DNA from: an uncultured delta proteobacterium
Lineage (GTDB): Bacteria > Desulfobacterota_D > UBA1144 > Nemesobacterales > UBA2774
Reading direction: 5' to 3'
Length of the DNA stretch: 64,000 bases
Assembly (NCBI GenBank): GCA_963752995.1
Contig: CAVWAZ010000017.1
Location: 148,684 to 212,683 of the forward strand
A program made the translations under genes and the position numbers. The notes under the pieces are model-generated. The model did no database searches. It saw only the letters and a list, made by a program, of their open reading frames with translations, and was not told the DNA's origin. Within the stretch, counting starts at the first letter, position 1, and every line of letters starts with the position of its first letter. Positions 22,356-32,489 of this stretch are shown here, one piece after another.

Positions 22356-22790
22356 ATGACCGTTACGCACGTTTCCGAACGGGATGCAACATCCGAAGAG
22401 AAATCCGGGCCGTTTCGGCCGACGGAGTATGACCCGAGGTTGACATATAAAATTCTCGAAGAACTCAAAAGGACCGTCGAAGCGAGTAAGGCCGAATTGG
22501 TCGCTATTTTTATTCCTTCGTATGATGAAATTGACAAACTACCGGGTTACCGGCCGTACCAGCAGGAATTAATCGGCATGTGCGAGAAACTCGGTATCGT
22601 TAACCATGACCTCTCGCCCAGTTTCAAAAATACCGGTCAGGAAACTTATTATGCCGAGGGCGAGCACTGGAATTTCTACGGCAACGTCTTGGGGGCAGAA
22701 GCGATCTACAACTTTTTGACCGGAGGGAAGGGACCGAAAATGCAATATAACGAGATAAATGCGATTGAGGCTAATGAGCCAGGCAGGTGA
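22356..22790 (+). pseudogene. SGNH/GDSL-hydrolase-like gene, C-terminal fragment
   Basis: ...ELVAIFIPSYDEI......YQQELIGMCEKLGIVNHDLSPSF......YYAEGEHWNFYGNVLGAEAIYNFL (block V D/E-x-x-H region). Confidence 0.5.
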
Positions 22791-22993
22791 AGGGTAATGG
22801 TCGGTTCTTTTACTTATGTTACCGGGTCTATCCGGCCATCAGGCGCACAATGCCGATATAAATGCAGGTAATCTATTAAGGTGATACGGACACTCCTGTT
22901 TGCGCTGATTGCATCTATCATTCGGCGGCTGTATGCTCCTACGCCGACGTCCCCCCCGCCGAGAAACCCGAAGTCGAATACCTGCTCGGGCTC

Positions 22994-23245
22994 GTGAAGA
23001 CTTCAGCCTGCAAATTCGAAAGGAACGGGAAGCTCTATGACGGTCAAAAGGCGTACGAGCATATCGAAAGGAAATACGAGCACTTCCGGGACGAGATCAC
23101 ATCGACGGAGACGTTCATCGAATACGCCGCCACGAAGAGCATGATAAGCGGCAGGTACTATCTCATTATATGCCCCGGCGCGGAACCCGAAAATACCGGT
23201 GACTGGCTTCTCAAGGAGCTCCGGAAGTACAGGGAAAGCCGCTGA
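22994..23245 (+). CDS. DUF5329-like protein (signal peptide appears split off by a poly-C frameshift)
   Basis: ...EVEYLLGLVKTSACKFERNGKLYDGQKAYEHIERKYEHFRDEITSTETFIEYAATKSMISGRYYLIICPG. A signal-peptide-like VIRTLLFALIASII starts at GTG 22881 in another frame. The frames meet at the C7 run 22931-22937. Confidence 0.6.
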   Translation: MKTSACKFERNGKLYDGQKAYEHIERKYEHFRDEITSTETFIEYAATKSMISGRYYLIICPGAEPENTGDWLLKELRKYRESR

Positions 23246-23347
23246 ATCGCTTTTCCGGAAGCCGCCTTTAATCCTAAACGACCTCTAATCACTGAATTTT
23301 CCCTGATTTTTTGTAAAACCCGCCCGCTCAATTAGAATACTAGCTCC

Positions 23348-25357
23348 ATGACTCAAACGAGATTCCCGTCGCCCGGCGAAGTCGTACTGTTCAGAAAACG
23401 GAAGGAGCCGTCGCTCGGCATCTTCATCCGCGCGCTCGGGGATAAGCTGACCCTGTTCTCGGAGGAGGGCAGGGAGGCGGACATAGACCCGGACAAGGTC
23501 GCTTTCATAAGCGGCATCAGGATTGAAGGCGAATTCACCGCTTCAGAGAAAAAATTGAAGCTGAGGGATCTGAGGAGAGACCTCGACCAAGAGAAACAGG
23601 GTATAGACCTCGTGACGATATGGCAGTGCTACGAAGGCAGCGGGGACGAGGTGCCGTTCGACGAGCTGCTGTCGCTCTATTTCGGGGAAAGAGGCGTCTC
23701 CGACAGGGAGAGGCTCGCCCTCTTCTGGGCCGTGGACAAGGACGATATTTATTTCAGGAGGGGCGAGGAGGGCTATACGCCGAGGACAGGGGAAGAGGCC
23801 GGGGAAATAATCAAAAAGAAGGAAACCGAGGAAAGAAAGAAGGAGGAGCTTGAGAAGGCCCTTTACTGGGCCAAAGGGGTGCTCCTGGGGAACGCCCCGG
23901 CGAACGGAGCCTCGAATGAGGTTTCAGGCTACGTTGACCTTCTCAGGGGGTACATAACCTATCTCGATAAATTCAGCCGGTCTCCGGAAGCCAAATCGTT
24001 CTTGTCGGAGATAGGCATAAGGGACGTCGAAGGCGCGCTCGAGTTCCTGATAAAAGCCGGGGTGTGGCGGGAAGACGAAGACCCCATATTGAAAAGGTTC
24101 TCGATAAGGGACGACTTCCCCGAAGGCGTGGAAATTGAATCCGACAAGCTGATCGGCGAGGGTCTCCCCGGAGAAGGCTTCGAGGATTTAACGGGGCTCG
24201 ATATATTCTCGATAGACGACGAAAACACTGAAGACATAGACGACGCCTTATCGATAAGGGAGACAGCCGACGGCACGGAGGTGGGTATACATATATCGAA
24301 CGTCGCCGCGCTCGTGCCCAAATGGAGCGACGCCGACGAGGAGGCCGGGCGGCGCGGGGAGACAATATACCTCCCTGAAAAGCGCATACACATGTTCCCG
24401 CTCAGGCTCGTAAAGGAGAGGCTCAGCCTTGTAGAAGGGACGGAGCGTCTCTCCCTCACGCTCTTCGTAACGTTCGACGGAGATAACAACCTGAAAAACC
24501 AGAGGTTCACGAACTCCATTGTCAGGGTCAGGAAGAACATGAGCTACGCCGGGGGCAGCGAGTTCTTTCAAAATGACCCCGGCGGTATCAGGATGAGGGA
24601 GATAGCGCTCGGTCTCAGGAAAAAGAGACTCGAAGCGGGCGCCCTCATAGTCCAGCTCCCGCAGCTTAAAATCCGGATAAACGGCGAAGGGCGGATCAAG
24701 GTAGAGAAGAACTACATGAACTCCGTAGCCCACGTGGTCGTGGCCGAGATGATGATACTCATGAACAGGATGTCGGGCAGGTTCCTGAAGGAGAACAAGA
24801 TCCCGTGCATCTACCGCTCGCAGCCCGAGCCCGTGCCCGACGACGTGAGGACGCTCGACGAGACCTCCCCCCTTTACCCCGTGCGCGTGGTGAAGTTCCT
24901 GAGGGCCCCCAGGGTGGGGCTCAGTCCCGAGCCGCACATGTCCCTCGGCATCGACGTCTACACGCAGGTCACCTCCCCCATCAGGAGGTATCCCGACATT
25001 ATCATGCAGAGGCAGATAGTGTCGGAGCTCCTCTACGGGGAGGCCGCTTACTCGGAGGAGGAGATCGAGAACCTCTATCCACGAATAGAAGTCGGCATTC
25101 GCGACAAGAAAACCATAGAGAGGCAGAGGGAGAGATACTGGCTCTATAAGCACCTCAGGTCCCTCGAAGGGGGAGAGATCGAGGGGGTCATAAGCTCGGT
25201 AACCGACACCAGGGCAAGCGCGTACCTGCCCGACTACCTCTTTGAAACCCCGGTCAGCCTCGGTTCGGAGAGGGTCCCGGAGGAGGGCGCCAGAATCAGG
25301 CTCCGCGTGAGAAAAGTCGACCCATTAAGAAAAATATTGTCATTGGCTACAGTCTGA
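23348..25357 (+). CDS. RNB-domain 3'-5' exoribonuclease (RNase II/R family)
   Basis: 669 aa, ...DIFSIDDENTEDIDDALSI...GIHISNVAALV...GETIYLPEKRIHMFP...VTSPIRRYPDIIMQRQI... with an S1-like C-terminus. Confidence 0.88.
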   Translation: MTQTRFPSPGEVVLFRKRKEPSLGIFIRALGDKLTLFSEEGREADIDPDKVAFISGIRIEGEFTASEKKLKLRDLRRDLDQEKQGIDLVTIWQCYEGSGDEVPFDELLSLYFGERGVSDRERLALFWAVDKDDIYFRRGEEGYTPRTGEEAGEIIKKKETEERKKEELEKALYWAKGVLLGNAPANGASNEVSGYVDLLRGYITYLDKFSRSPEAKSFLSEIGIRDVEGALEFLIKAGVWREDEDPILKRFSIRDDFPEGVEIESDKLIGEGLPGEGFEDLTGLDIFSIDDENTEDIDDALSIRETADGTEVGIHISNVAALVPKWSDADEEAGRRGETIYLPEKRIHMFPLRLVKERLSLVEGTERLSLTLFVTFDGDNNLKNQRFTNSIVRVRKNMSYAGGSEFFQNDPGGIRMREIALGLRKKRLEAGALIVQLPQLKIRINGEGRIKVEKNYMNSVAHVVVAEMMILMNRMSGRFLKENKIPCIYRSQPEPVPDDVRTLDETSPLYPVRVVKFLRAPRVGLSPEPHMSLGIDVYTQVTSPIRRYPDIIMQRQIVSELLYGEAAYSEEEIENLYPRIEVGIRDKKTIERQRERYWLYKHLRSLEGGEIEGVISSVTDTRASAYLPDYLFETPVSLGSERVPEEGARIRLRVRKVDPLRKILSLATV

Positions 25358-25394
25358 TAGCATTTATATCTAAAGCTATGCGTTATGCGCAATC

Positions 25395-26829
25395 TCAGGT
25401 CTGATCCGGGATTTTCGCGGCCTTTTTCCTGGATTTTAACGCTTCCAGAATCTCTTCCACGCTCGTAAACTTTACCCTGGGTCTCCCCGAGGCCTTCCCC
25501 CTCTCGATCTCGATGTGATCGATCCCGAGCCAGTCCTCGTAAGTCACATAGTCCGGCTGCGCGCCGGATACGTGCCCGAGCACGCTTTCCGGGTCCGGGT
25601 CGGGCGGCTCGATCACTGCGCCGCTCCTCACGTCCTCGATTATGCACCCGACCGTCTCGCCCGCGTCCTGCTTGTTCGTCCCGATAACGCCCGTAGGCCC
25701 CCTCTTTATCCAGCCCGTCACGTAGAGGCCCGTCATGTGTCCGCCCGTCCCCGGGTCCGTGACACGCCCTTTCTCGTTCTCGATCACCCCCCATTTCTCG
25801 TGGAACGGTACGCCCGGCAGCGGTACCCCCTGATACCCTATGGACCTGAACACGATGTCCGCTTCGAGCTCCTCGAACTCTCCGGTGGGACGGGAGCGGA
25901 CGCTTCCGTCTTCTGCCCTGAAGAGCTCGTTTTTGGCGAGCTTCAGTGCGGCTACATGGCCCCCGGCGTCCCCTATGATCTCGACCGGGGAAACGAGGAA
26001 CCTGATGTGGAGCCTTTTATTCTTCGTATGGTGCTTCGGGTCCGAATACGACCTCAGTATCTCGATCTTGTTGATCGCCGTCTGGTCCTTATTCGTCTCT
26101 ACCGCTTCGTTTATAAACTCGTCGTGCGCGACTTCGTGGGGGAGCGTCACCGGATGCGCCCCGGTGAGCTTCCCGAGCTCCCTGACTTCCGGATTGGTGA
26201 ACGCGGCCTGGAGCGGGCCCCTCCTCCCGAGGAGGTACACGTCACGGATGCGGGACTCTCCCGAGCGCCTCGAGGGCGTAGTCGGCGATGTCGGTTTCCC
26301 GGAGCTCGCCGACGGTGCGGCAGAGTATCCTCGCGACGTCGATCGCGACGTTGCCCACCCCTATGACGGCGGCCTTTTCCCCGGACAGGTCGAACTTCAG
26401 ATGCCTGTAATCGGGGTGCCCGTTGTACCAGGCGACGAACTCGGTAGCCGTGTGGTTACCCTTGAGGTCTTCGCCGGGGATTCCGAGCTTCCTGTCTGTT
26501 TGAGCGCCCGTGGCGAAAATGATGACGTGGTAGTGCCTCTTCAAGTCCTCGAGCGTAATGTGCTTGCCGAATTCCACGAGTCCGAAAAACCTGAACCTCG
26601 GGTCTGAAGCGATCTTGTCGTACACCTTCGTAACCGACTTTATCTTCTGATGGTCGGGAGCCACGCCCGATCTCACAAGCCCGTGAGGGGTCGGGAGCCT
26701 GTCGAACATATCCGCCTCGAATTCGATGTCCGTCTGCTTGAGAAGGTGCTCGGCCGTATAGAACCCCGCCGGTCCCGACCCGATAATCGCCGCCCTTATT
26801 ATTCTCTTTCCCTTATTACGCGTTTCCAT
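25395..26829 (-). pseudogene. FprA/adrenodoxin-reductase-type ferredoxin-NADP+ reductase, 1 frameshift at ~26240
   Basis: ORF 26242-26829: [17 protein letters not shown]...[23 protein letters not shown]...[18 protein letters not shown] 25395-26240: ..YLLGRRGPLQAAFTNPEVRELG... The junction reads ...ALEALG|[15 protein letters not shown] if 1 nt is removed. Confidence 0.85.
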
Positions 26830-27172
26830 TCTGATATTCCTTTCGTCCTTTGACCCGGGACCGTCATTCTATTTTCGTCACGATCCCGTTTTCTTATTGA
26901 CCCGTTCGTTATCGGAATTATATTTTTATTCGGGAATTATGCATCCGGGTTTTTAACGAGTATTATAAATCAGGCGATAAATATACCAAAAAATCCCGCC
27001 CGGTGTATTTATTAAGAAAAATAATGCGTCCGAACCGGAGATGCTTGTGTCGGGCGCTTCCGGTATCGTGCTGAAAACGCATGGTCCGGTGTAAAATATA
27101 CTCGGAACAGGCCGTATGCCCAGTAGAAAACGCCCTGTTCGGGTATTTTAATGTCCGGGCCGGGAATAATTC

Positions 27173-29476
27173 ATGATTACCAAGAAAACAGTAGACAGAG
27201 CCGATTTTCACCTGAGGATAGTCCAGGAAATAAGCGACCTGGTAAATAAATCCACGGGCCTCAACACCATTCTGAAAAAGGTGGTGAACAAGATTGCGGG
27301 CTCGCTCCACTTCGACGTGGTCTCGGTCTACCTGTGGGACAAGGATAAGAACCTGCTCAGGCTCCGCTCCACGAAGGGGCTTCACGTCGACCCGCTCAGA
27401 ACACCGATCACGCTCAGCCCCGACGAGGGTCTTACGGGGCTCGTGTTCGAGAGCTCGAGGGCGCTCACCGTAATGCCCGCGTCCGAGCACCCGAAGTACA
27501 GGTATTTTCCCGAGATCGGGGAAGAGGAATACGAGAGCTACATAGGCGTCCCGATAATCCTCCAGAACAGGTGCATCGGCGTGCTCGTCGGCCAGACCAG
27601 GGACAAGAGGCTAATCAACCCGGCGGAGGAGACGCTATTTCAGATAATCGCTTCGAGGCTGGCAGGGCTCCTCGAAGTAGCCGACAGGCTCGAGCGCCTG
27701 AAGACACCTTCGATCGTCAAGCACGAGACGAGGACGTATCAGGGAAAGGGGGTCTCGACCGGCGTCGCCATAGGCAACGTATTCATATTCAGGGGTTTAT
27801 TTCAGCAGATAAGCTCCGACAAGCTCAGGCCTTCGAGCCCCAAGGTAGAAAAAGGGAGGCTTAAAACGGCGCTCAGGGAAGTGGAGGAAGACCTCCGCGA
27901 CCTCATCAAGACGCTCGATTCCGAGGCCCTCCTGTCCAAGGCCGAAATCGACATATTCAGGGCCCACCTCATGATTCTCGAAGGGTCCACGCTCAGGAAC
28001 ACCATATCGCAGAAGCTCAAGGAAAAGAACATCCCCGCCGAGCTCGCGGTCATCGAAGGCATCGAATCTATTGCGCAGCAGTTCGAAGAGCTGAGCGATA
28101 AATACCTCAGGGAAAAGGCGCAGGACTTCCGCGACATAGGCGAGAGGATACTGCAGGACCTCGTCAAGCTGAAGAAGGGCAGGAGCGTCGCCGCAGAGCC
28201 CCGCGAGGGCTCAGTCCTCGTCGCATACGAAATCGGGCCTTCCTTCATATCGATGCTCTTCAGGAACAAGGTGTCCGCGGTCGTGATAGAGAGGGGGGGC
28301 GAGACCTCCCACGCCGTCATTATCGCGAAGTCGCTCGGCATACCCGCCGTTGTGGGAATAGACAACATATGCAGCATGCTGAAATCGGGGGAGAAGGTAA
28401 TAGTCGACGGCAAGACCGGGTTTATATTCTCCAACCCCGACGAGAGCCTCATCGCCGAGTACCAGAACACGTACATCAAGCTCATGAAGGTGAGGGAGGT
28501 AATAGAAGAGGCCGGGAAAGAGAGTATCGACCACAACGGGCTCGGCGTGAAGATAACGGCAAATATAGGTTTCCCTATAGACGTAGAGCTCGCCAAGCAT
28601 TACGGCATAAACGACGTAGGCCTCTTCCGCACGGAATTCGCATTCACCCAGTACACCAAGTGGCCCGGGATAAAGGAGCAGGTGAAGATTTACACCGACA
28701 TCGCGAGGGAGTTCGAAGGGTACGTCACCGTCCGCACGCTCGACATAGGGGCCGACAAGCTCCTTCCCTACTTCGAGTTCCCGAAGGAGGACAACCCGCT
28801 TCTCGGGCTCCGGGCGATAAGGTTCTCCATGGAGTACCTGGACCTCTTCAAGAACCAGATACGGTCGATACTGCTCACGCTGAAGAAGGGATACCGCTTC
28901 AGGATACTCCTCCCGATGATAACGAACCTCTGGGAGGTGGAGACGGCGAAAGAGATAATAGAGCAGATGGCCGCCGAAACGGGACTGTCCCCGAAGCAAA
29001 TACCGCCGCTCGGAATAATGCTCGAAGTCCCCGCGATCCTATACCAGCTCGACGACTACAAGGACATGATCGATTTCATTTCCGTAGGCACGAACGACCT
29101 CATTCAGTACATACTCGCCGTCGACAGGAACTCTAACGTGGTGGGGCACCTTTACTCGGGCTTCCACCCCGCGGTGCTGCGCGTCCTCGACGACATATAC
29201 TACAAGACCAGGCATTCGGGCATGGACGTATCGGTGTGCGGCGAGCTCGCCGGGACCCCCTCGGGGGCGCTCAGCCTCATAGCCCTCGGGTACAGGCAGC
29301 TGAGCATTTCGCCGTCGCACGTCCCCTATATCAGGTACCTCTGCAAGAAGCTCGATAAATACATGCTCGGCACAGTGAGGCGCGACATCCTGAACATAAA
29401 GAAAAAGTCGGACATCGAGAGGTACCTGATCGAGGCCCTCGAGACAGTTGACCCGGCGCTCATCGAATTCGAATAA
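27173..29476 (+). CDS. ptsP: GAF-domain phosphoenolpyruvate-protein phosphotransferase (EI-Ntr)
   Basis: 767 aa, N-terminal GAF domain (...SVYLWDKDKNLLRLRSTKGL...YIGVPIILQNRCIGVLVGQT) plus PEP-utilising domains (...GGETSHAVIIAKSLGIPAVVG..., ...FISVGTNDLIQY...). Confidence 0.92.
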   Translation: MITKKTVDRADFHLRIVQEISDLVNKSTGLNTILKKVVNKIAGSLHFDVVSVYLWDKDKNLLRLRSTKGLHVDPLRTPITLSPDEGLTGLVFESSRALTVMPASEHPKYRYFPEIGEEEYESYIGVPIILQNRCIGVLVGQTRDKRLINPAEETLFQIIASRLAGLLEVADRLERLKTPSIVKHETRTYQGKGVSTGVAIGNVFIFRGLFQQISSDKLRPSSPKVEKGRLKTALREVEEDLRDLIKTLDSEALLSKAEIDIFRAHLMILEGSTLRNTISQKLKEKNIPAELAVIEGIESIAQQFEELSDKYLREKAQDFRDIGERILQDLVKLKKGRSVAAEPREGSVLVAYEIGPSFISMLFRNKVSAVVIERGGETSHAVIIAKSLGIPAVVGIDNICSMLKSGEKVIVDGKTGFIFSNPDESLIAEYQNTYIKLMKVREVIEEAGKESIDHNGLGVKITANIGFPIDVELAKHYGINDVGLFRTEFAFTQYTKWPGIKEQVKIYTDIAREFEGYVTVRTLDIGADKLLPYFEFPKEDNPLLGLRAIRFSMEYLDLFKNQIRSILLTLKKGYRFRILLPMITNLWEVETAKEIIEQMAAETGLSPKQIPPLGIMLEVPAILYQLDDYKDMIDFISVGTNDLIQYILAVDRNSNVVGHLYSGFHPAVLRVLDDIYYKTRHSGMDVSVCGELAGTPSGALSLIALGYRQLSISPSHVPYIRYLCKKLDKYMLGTVRRDILNIKKKSDIERYLIEALETVDPALIEFE

Positions 29477-29537
29477 ATCGGCTCTCCGGCATTGCCGCTT
29501 TCAATTTCCGTTTACTAAGGTATTTTTTACACCCTAA

Positions 29538-30443
29538 ATGAAAGTCGGAAAGATACACATAGTACTCTTCGTACTCACCGTATTCACCACGTTCGCGACG
29601 GGGCTTTCGTTCGGCGGCACCGTCCTGAGCGCGCTCGCGTTCTCGGGCGCTCTCTTGTTCATACTCGGCTCGCACGAAATGGGGCATTATTTTTACGGAA
29701 GGAAATACGGGGTCGATATAACGCCCCCGTACTTTATCCCCGCGCCGCCCATAATCTCGCCCATAGGCACGTTCGGCGCGTTCATAAAGATCAAGTCCCC
29801 GATCTCGACCCGGAAAGCCCTGTTCGATATAGGAATAGCGGGCCCGCTCGCGGGCATAATAGCCAGCATCCCGGTCCTCATCATAGGCATCAAGCTCTCG
29901 ACTATAGTGGACATCGCCGGCAGTGCCGGGGAGCAGGGGCTCACGCTCGGGTCGCCCCTCATATTCACGTTCTTCACGGGGATGTTCATCGGGAAGATAC
30001 CCGAAGGGAAGGACCTCTTCCTCCACCCGGTCGCATTCGCCGGCTGGGTCGGGCTTTTCGTAACCGCGCTTAACCTCATACCCTCGGGTCAGCTCGACGG
30101 GGGGCATATCGTGTATTCCCTTTTTTCGAAGAAGGCCCACAGGATCGTCTCCGTCGTCATGATTGCACTCCTGATAATATTCGGCATAGGGACGGAGCCC
30201 CTGTTCCTGCTTTCCCAGAGGCTCACCGGGAGCGGCGCGGGCGAGTTTTTGGGCCGCCTGCCCGAATTCGAGGGCTGGCCCGGCTGGATACTGTGGGCCG
30301 TCCTGCTCACGTTCATGGGGACGAAGCACCCCCCCACCATACACGACGAGGGAGAGCTCGACACGGGGAGGAAACTCCTCGGATTCATTGCGCTTTTAAT
30401 ATTTATCGGATGCATTTCACCCGTGCCTATAAAGCTCGCCTAG
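29538..30443 (+). CDS. M50-family (site-2 protease class) membrane metalloprotease
   Basis: 301 aa, polytopic, with HEMGH (HExxH) and a downstream LNLIPSGQLDGGHI motif. Confidence 0.85.
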   Translation: MKVGKIHIVLFVLTVFTTFATGLSFGGTVLSALAFSGALLFILGSHEMGHYFYGRKYGVDITPPYFIPAPPIISPIGTFGAFIKIKSPISTRKALFDIGIAGPLAGIIASIPVLIIGIKLSTIVDIAGSAGEQGLTLGSPLIFTFFTGMFIGKIPEGKDLFLHPVAFAGWVGLFVTALNLIPSGQLDGGHIVYSLFSKKAHRIVSVVMIALLIIFGIGTEPLFLLSQRLTGSGAGEFLGRLPEFEGWPGWILWAVLLTFMGTKHPPTIHDEGELDTGRKLLGFIALLIFIGCISPVPIKLA

Positions 30444-30680
30444 ACCGTGCGCCGGCATGTCCGGGTCCTGCCGCGGCGAGGGAAGGGAAGGGCGTATTTG
30501 CCGGGTGATAATACACCCGCCCGAAATTTTTTATATATATTGATAATTTCGGGGGTTAAGGTAAGTTTAGTTGTTCGCAAACGCTCGTATTTAGGACAAA
30601 TACTCCTTAAAAATTGAATGGGCAGTAAAGCATAATTAAAAAACCTTGCAGGAAACAAAAGCGTACAAGGAGGCATTACC

Positions 30681-31985
30681 GTGGCGAAGGACACGTTATC
30701 CATCACAGACAACAGGACGGGGAAGGGTTACGAGATACCGATCGAGAACGACACCATAAGGGCTGCGGATCTGAAGCAGATAAAGGTCAAGGACGACGAT
30801 TTCGGTATGATGAGCTATGACCCCGCATTCGGGAATACAGCGGCCTGCATAAGCAAGGTAACCTTCATAGACGGAGATAACGGCATACTCCAGTACAGGG
30901 GCTACCCGATCGAGGACCTCGCCGAGAAGAGCAATTTCCTCGAGGTCTCGTACCTGCTTCTGCACGGCGAGCTGCCGACGAAAGCGGAATACGACCAGTG
31001 GGTGCACAACATCATCCATCACACCATAGTCCACGAGAACATAAAGAGGTTCATGGACGGGTTCCGTTACGACGCGCACCCGATGGGGATGCTCCTCGGA
31101 ACGGTAGGGGCGCTTTCGACCTTCTACCCCGAAGCCAAGGACATATTCAACAAGGAGATCCGCGACATTCAGGTGCACAGGCTCATCGCGAAGATGCCGA
31201 CCATGGCCGCGTTCGCGTACCGCCATTCGCTCGGCATGCCTTACGTGTATCCCGATAACGACCTTTCCTACGCCGGGAATTTCCTCAACATGCTTTTTAA
31301 AATGACCGAGCTCAAGTATAAGCCGAACCCGGCCATAGAAAGGGCGATAGACATACTCTTCATACTCCACGCGGACCACGAGCAGAACTGCAGCGCGAGC
31401 GCGATGCGTAACGTCGGGAGCTCGCTCCCTGACCCCTATTCCGCGACGGCCGCCGCAATAGCCGCGCTCTACGGCCCCCTCCACGGGGGAGCCAACGAGG
31501 GCGTGCTCCAGATGCTTAAGGAGATAGGCTCCGTCAGCAAAATCCCCGAATACATAAAGAAGGCCAAAGCGGGCGAGTTCAGGCTCATGGGCTTCGGACA
31601 CCGGGTATACAAGTCCTACGACCCGAGGGCCAAGATAATAAAGGAAATCGCCTACGACGTATTCGAGGTCACGGGCAAGAACCCGCTCCTCGACATAGCG
31701 CTCGAGCTCGAAAAAATCGCGCTCGAGGACGAGTACTTCGTCAAGCGCAAGCTCTACCCGAACGTGGACTTCTACTCGGGCCTCATTTACCAGAGCATGG
31801 CAATACCGATGGATATGTTCACGGTGCTCTTCGCCATAGGGCGTACCCCCGGGTGGCTCGCGCAGTGGATCGAGCTACTGGAAGACCCCGAGAGAAGGAT
31901 AGCGCGCCCGAGGCAGGTTTACCTGGGGGAAATGGACCGCAAGTACGTTCCGATCTCCGAAAGGGGCAAAAAGAAGAAGGCCTGA
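30681..31985 (+). CDS. gltA: Citrate synthase (GTG start)
   Basis: 434 aa, ...ILQYRGYPIEDLAEKSNFLEVSYLLLHGELPT...ILHADHEQNCSASAMR...LYGPLHGGANE...GFGHRVYKSYDPRA. Confidence 0.95.
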   Translation: MAKDTLSITDNRTGKGYEIPIENDTIRAADLKQIKVKDDDFGMMSYDPAFGNTAACISKVTFIDGDNGILQYRGYPIEDLAEKSNFLEVSYLLLHGELPTKAEYDQWVHNIIHHTIVHENIKRFMDGFRYDAHPMGMLLGTVGALSTFYPEAKDIFNKEIRDIQVHRLIAKMPTMAAFAYRHSLGMPYVYPDNDLSYAGNFLNMLFKMTELKYKPNPAIERAIDILFILHADHEQNCSASAMRNVGSSLPDPYSATAAAIAALYGPLHGGANEGVLQMLKEIGSVSKIPEYIKKAKAGEFRLMGFGHRVYKSYDPRAKIIKEIAYDVFEVTGKNPLLDIALELEKIALEDEYFVKRKLYPNVDFYSGLIYQSMAIPMDMFTVLFAIGRTPGWLAQWIELLEDPERRIARPRQVYLGEMDRKYVPISERGKKKKA

Positions 31986-32097
31986 CCGCGGCACACGGGG
32001 CTAGCCTAAGGGGCAAAAACAATATCCTTAATCAGGTTAGGTGTGACGGGCTCAGGAGCGCATGAGAAATCATAAAACTCACATATGTGAGTGTGTG

Positions 32098-32454
32098 TTA
32101 TGTGCTCGAGAAGTGCTTGCCTATAAGGCTCGTGTGGTAATAATTGATCAGATGCTCGAGGGAGGCGATATATATACGTATCGCCTCGGTTTCAAGACCG
32201 CCCCCGTCCGGATACTCCGTATTCCCGGATTCGTTTTCAAACCCCTTTAATACCTGTCCGTATGCCTCCGTAAAGGACTCCAGGAGGTCGCGGCTGTCCT
32301 GCTTGAGTATCGCCTCTATGAGCGCCACGTCCTGGAGGTCGTATTTCCTGCCTTCGATGGCGCGTCTGAGCTCCTCCCTCACACGCCCTGATTCAAGCGC
32401 GGGGAAGCCCGCTGCGGCGGTATCGAAAAGTGCGAGAAGTTCTTCTATGTGCAT
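32098..32454 (-). CDS. Hypothetical protein
   Basis: 118 aa ORF with codon usage like the neighbouring genes. No recognisable domain. A 14-nt perfect palindrome CTCACATATGTGAG lies at 32078-32091, just past its stop. Confidence 0.4.
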   Translation of the reverse strand: MHIEELLALFDTAAAGFPALESGRVREELRRAIEGRKYDLQDVALIEAILKQDSRDLLESFTEAYGQVLKGFENESGNTEYPDGGGLETEAIRIYIASLEHLINYYHTSLIGKHFSST

Positions 32455-32489
32455 ACGTCCCTCGAACCTGATTCAAATGCGATTGAATT

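Noticed and set aside
29538-30443. The M50 intramembrane protease as the missing IPTL-CTERM sorting enzyme.
   Set aside because: It sits between ptsP and gltA in a housekeeping context, about 10 kb or more from any cargo gene. M50/S2P enzymes are near-universal, so there is no specific evidence. It is kept only as something to include in a co-occurrence test.
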